A stretch of 64,000 bases of DNA from Eledone cirrhosa (Eukaryota). The stretch covers positions 55,304,001-55,368,000 of the forward strand of contig OZ024741.1 of assembly GCA_964016885.1 (NCBI GenBank). The letters run 5' to 3'. How positions within the stretch are numbered: the stretch's first letter is position 1; each line of letters starts with the position of its first letter. Made by a program: the position numbers and the translations under genes. The notes under the pieces were generated by a model, which made no database searches, was not told the origin of the DNA, and was given only the letters and a program-made list of their open reading frames with translations. Positions 59,840 through 64,000 of the stretch are shown in pieces.

Positions 59840-60086
59840 ATGGACGAAACAAGGCAAGAAATCCTTCATCAGCTGCAAACCAAGATGTTTCGGCGCTTAA
59901 TAGAGAGAGCGCCAAAACATCTATGATCTCGGTTTACAGCTGATGAAGGACTTCTTCCCTTGTTTCGTCCATTTAATTAAATTTCGTTTCGTTTGTAACT
60001 CACTTTTGTATGACTGACGCTTAAACAATTAAGTTAAAAATGTACAGTCATACAAAAGTGAGTTACAAACGAAACGAAATTTAATT
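59840..60086. repeat. Two abutting inverted repeats: an imperfect ~130-bp fold-back (59840-59972) and perfect 42-bp arms (59975-60016 / 60045-60086)
   Basis: atggacgaaacaagg/ccttgtttcgtccat and ccttcatcagctg/cagctgatgaagg; aattaaatttcgtttcgtttgtaactcacttttgtatgactg and its exact reverse complement. Confidence 0.88.
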
Positions 60087-60234
60087 TCGTTTCGTTATTT
60101 GTTTTTATCGTCTCCGTTGAACCGGTACGTACTCACACTCTATGCAAATTAGTCTGCCCACTACTAATTTTCATAGAAAAAGCATATAACGATATGTGCT
60201 TTTACGATTCTCCAGAAAGGCCGGAAGATAGGTA

Positions 60235-60279
60235 AATATTGCTGATGAGTTGTAACAACAACGAAACTAGTTCAATATT
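60235..60279 (+). ncRNA. Minimal type I hammerhead ribozyme (family C), GUU site, within a ~300-bp element (~60100-60400)
   Basis: aatattg-CTGATGA-gttgt aaca acaac-GAAA-ctag-TT-caatatt; perfect stems I and II; stem I extended by attctccagaaag/ctttctggagaat. Confidence 0.88.
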
Positions 60280-60494
60280 CCTTGTCTGGCTTTCTGGAGA
60301 ATAGAGGAAAGGTGTTTCCTCAAAAACCAGTATGACTCTAAAAACCGGTTTGTCTGTGTGTTTACATACAGAATAGCTGGACACTCACAGTAAAGTGACC
60401 AGTGAAAAACTTGGTACATCTACATATGTATACGTGTGTGTATTCATATGCATACTAGTATTTCAGTATACATATGTGGATGTACATTTTTAAC

Positions 60495-60539
<45 letters not shown>

Positions 60540-60631
60540 AATAAGATAACCAGGATTAAATTACTAAATTATTTAATTGATTGACCGATTGGATTAAACT
60601 CTGAACTGTCATTTACCTATCTTTCTGAGAC

Positions 60632-60859
60632 CAGGGGTGCTCAAAGTGGCCGCTACCGCCCCCCGGAGGCAGGGGTGGTTCGTTGAGAAGGTCCAAGTGG
60701 CACTGTGGCCCAACTTGGCACTGTGGCCCAAGGTGGAACTGTGGCCCAAGGATTCTTATATATTATTTACAATTAGAGTGTAGACAGGGCTCTCTGGGAA
60801 TGGGGGAATGAGGGTATTACGTGGCCGTGAGGGGGGTCCAAATAGTTGGGGAACCTCTG
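60632..60859. mobile_element. Probable hAT (Charlie-like) MITE with an internal ~18-bp tandem triplication
   Basis: Termini caggggtgctcaa ... ttggggaacctctg resemble CAGNGGTTCYCAA-type TIRs; tggcactgtggcccaa-like unit three times at ~60694-60751. No clean 8-bp TSD seen. Confidence 0.55.
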
Positions 60860-60958
60860 CTGTGAACGATAAAATCACATTTAAGCTTTTAATTATTATT
60901 TGCCTTATATGGTTGTGTTATCAACTCGTCTAAAATATGACATATATAAATATATGTA

Positions 60959-61043
<85 letters not shown>
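60959..61043. repeat. (TG)n microsatellite
   Basis: Pure dinucleotide run. Confidence 0.95.
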
Positions 61044-61044
<1 letters not shown>

Positions 61045-61386
61045 TATATATAGAGAGAGAGAGAATAATGTATGTCGGATGAAAATGACTATAAGAGTAT
61101 TAGAACTGCTTCATTGCTTGAAATTATCAGGAATTTACCGTCATTTCTACAGAAAGAAACAGTGCTAATCCTGTAGAATTCATTTCCATCTGAAATAAAT
61201 TATACCTCCGATCTACTTCGTGTATTAACGGCCTTATTTAGGTGCGGCCTCTTTCTGTTCTTTTGGGGGGAAACCATTCTATATTTATATGGACACACAT
61301 ATACACACATATACATACATATACACAATATACATACATATACACACATATACACACATAGACACACATATACATACATATATATA

Positions 61387-61427
<41 letters not shown>

Positions 61428-61471
61428 GTGTGTGGGCGGGAGTGGGTAACATACATATACTCATGCGTATT

Positions 61472-64000
61472 CATACATTAGTATATAGAGTACATACATT
61501 AGAATATACAATACATACAATAGTATATAGAGTACATACATTAGAATATACAATACATACAATAGTATATAGAGTACATACATTAGAATATACAATACAT
61601 ACATTAGTATATAGAGTACATACATTAGAATATACAATACATACAATAGTATATAGAGTACATACATTAGAATATACAATACATACAATAGTATATAGAG
61701 TACATACATTAGAATATACAATACATTCATTAGTATATAGAGTACATACATTAGAATATACAATACATACAATAGTATATATATACATACATTAGAATAT
61801 ACAATACATACATTAGTATATAGAGTACATACATTAGAATATACAATACATACAATAGTATATAGAGTACATACATTAGAATATACAATACATACATTAG
61901 TATATAGAGTACATACATTAGAATATACAATACATACATTAGTATATAGAGTACATACATTAGAATATACAATACATACAATAGTATATAGAGTACATAC
62001 ATTAGAATATACAATACATACAATAGTATATAGAGTACATACATTAGAATATACAATACATACAATAGTATATAGATAACATACATTAGAATATACAATA
62101 CATACATTAGTATATAGAGTACATACATTAGAATATACAATACATACATTAGTATATAGAGTACATACATTAGAATATACAATACATACAATAGTATATA
62201 GAATACATACATTAGAATATACAATACATACATTAGTATATAGAGTACATACATTAGAATATACAATACATACATTAGTATATAGAGTACATACATTAGA
62301 ATATACAATACATACATTAGTATATATATACATACTTTAGAATATACAATACATACAATAGTATATAGAGTACATACATTAGAATATACAATACATACAT
62401 TAGTATATAGAGTACATACATTAGAATATACAATACATACATTCGTATATATATACATACATTAGAATATACAATACATACATTAGTATATAGGGTACAT
62501 ACATTAGAATATACAATACATACAATAGTATATAGAGTACATACAGTAGAATATACAATACATACAATAGTATATAGAGTACATACAGTAGAATATACAA
62601 TACATACATTAGTATATAGAGTACATACATTAGAATATACAATACATACATTAGTATATAGAGTACATACATTAGAATATACAATACATACATTAGTATA
62701 TAGAGTACATACATTAGAATATACAATACATACATTAGTATATAGAGTACATACATTAGAATATACAATACATACAATAGTATATATATATACATACATT
62801 AGAATATACAATACATACAATAGTATATAGAGTACATACAGTAGAATATACAATACATACATTCGTATATATATACATACATTAGAATATACAATACATA
62901 CATTAGTATATAGAGTACATACATTAGAATATACAATACATACATTAGTATATAGAGTACATACATTAGAATATACAATACATACATTAGTATATAGAGT
63001 ACATACATTAGAATATACAATACATACAATAGTATATATATACATACATTAGAATATACAATACATACAATAGTATATAGAGTACATACAGTAGAATATA
63101 CAATACATACATTAGTATATAGAGTACATACATTAGAATATACAATACATACAATAGTATATATATACATACATTAGAATATACAATACATACATTAGTA
63201 TATAGAGTACATACATTAGAATATACAATACATACATTCGTATATATATACATACATTAGAATATACAATACATACATTAGTATATAGAGTACATACATT
63301 AGAATATACAATACATACATTAGTATATAGAGTACATACATTAGAATATACAATACATACAATAGTATATATATACATACATTAGAATATACAATACATA
63401 CAATAGTATATAGAGTACATACAGTAGAATATACAATACATACATTAGTATATAGAGTACATACATTAGAATATACAATACATACATTAGTATATAGAGT
63501 ACATACATTAGAATATACAATACATACATTCGTATATATATACATACATTAGAATATACAATACATACAATAGTATATAGAGTACATACAGTAGAATATA
63601 CAATACATACATTAGTATATAGAGTACATACATTAGAATATACAATACATACAATAGTATATAGAGTACATACATTAGAATATACAATACATACATTAGT
63701 ATATAGAGTACATACATTAGAATATACAATACATACATTCGTATATATATACATACTTTAGAATATACAATACATACATTCGTATATATATACATACTTT
63801 AGAATATACAATACATACAATAGTATATAGAGTACATACAGTAGAATATACAATACATACATTAGTATATAGAGTACATACATTAGAATATACAATACAT
63901 ACAATAGTATATAGAGTACATACATTAGAATATACAATACATACATTCGTATATATATACATACATTAGAATATACAATACATACAATAGTATATAGAGT
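61472..64000. repeat. 42-bp minisatellite made of two 21-bp halves (catacattagtatatagagta + catacattagaatatacaata), about 60 copies, continuing past the window
   Basis: 42-bp period with recurring 41-bp variants (tatatatata in place of tatatagagta); explains the [14 protein letters not shown] and MYVLYIL repeat ORFs. Confidence 0.95.

Noticed and set aside
58267-63962. Many overlapping ORFs including the 290-aa [14 protein letters not shown] repeat
   Set aside because: Products of low-complexity DNA and the 42-bp minisatellite; the recurring 41-bp units break the frame.

Overview
Repeat-dense eukaryotic (probably invertebrate animal) DNA with no intact cellular gene. 1-5.4 kb is a (GGT/GTT)n low-complexity tract, 5.4-6.0 kb a 52-bp minisatellite, and 6.0-47.6 kb a single array of about 770 copies of a 54-bp satellite with multi-kb internal block duplications. 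61.5-64 kb is a 42-bp minisatellite. The informative part is 48.4-60.9 kb. It holds a 5'-truncated Penelope-like retroelement (PLE; RT plus C-terminal GIY-YIG endonuclease, minus strand, frameshifted in a C14 run) bracketed by ~1.6-kb inverted pLTR arms. Around it are at least 8 complete type I hammerhead ribozyme (HHR) motifs in four sequence families, plus several half-ribozymes. Most sit in short non-coding fold-back elements that end in (TA)n, and two families show compensatory stem changes between diverged copies. An RTE LINE 3' fragment and a hAT-like MITE are also present. Nearly all ORFs in the track are artefacts of simple repeats. All structures and alignments were read by eye.
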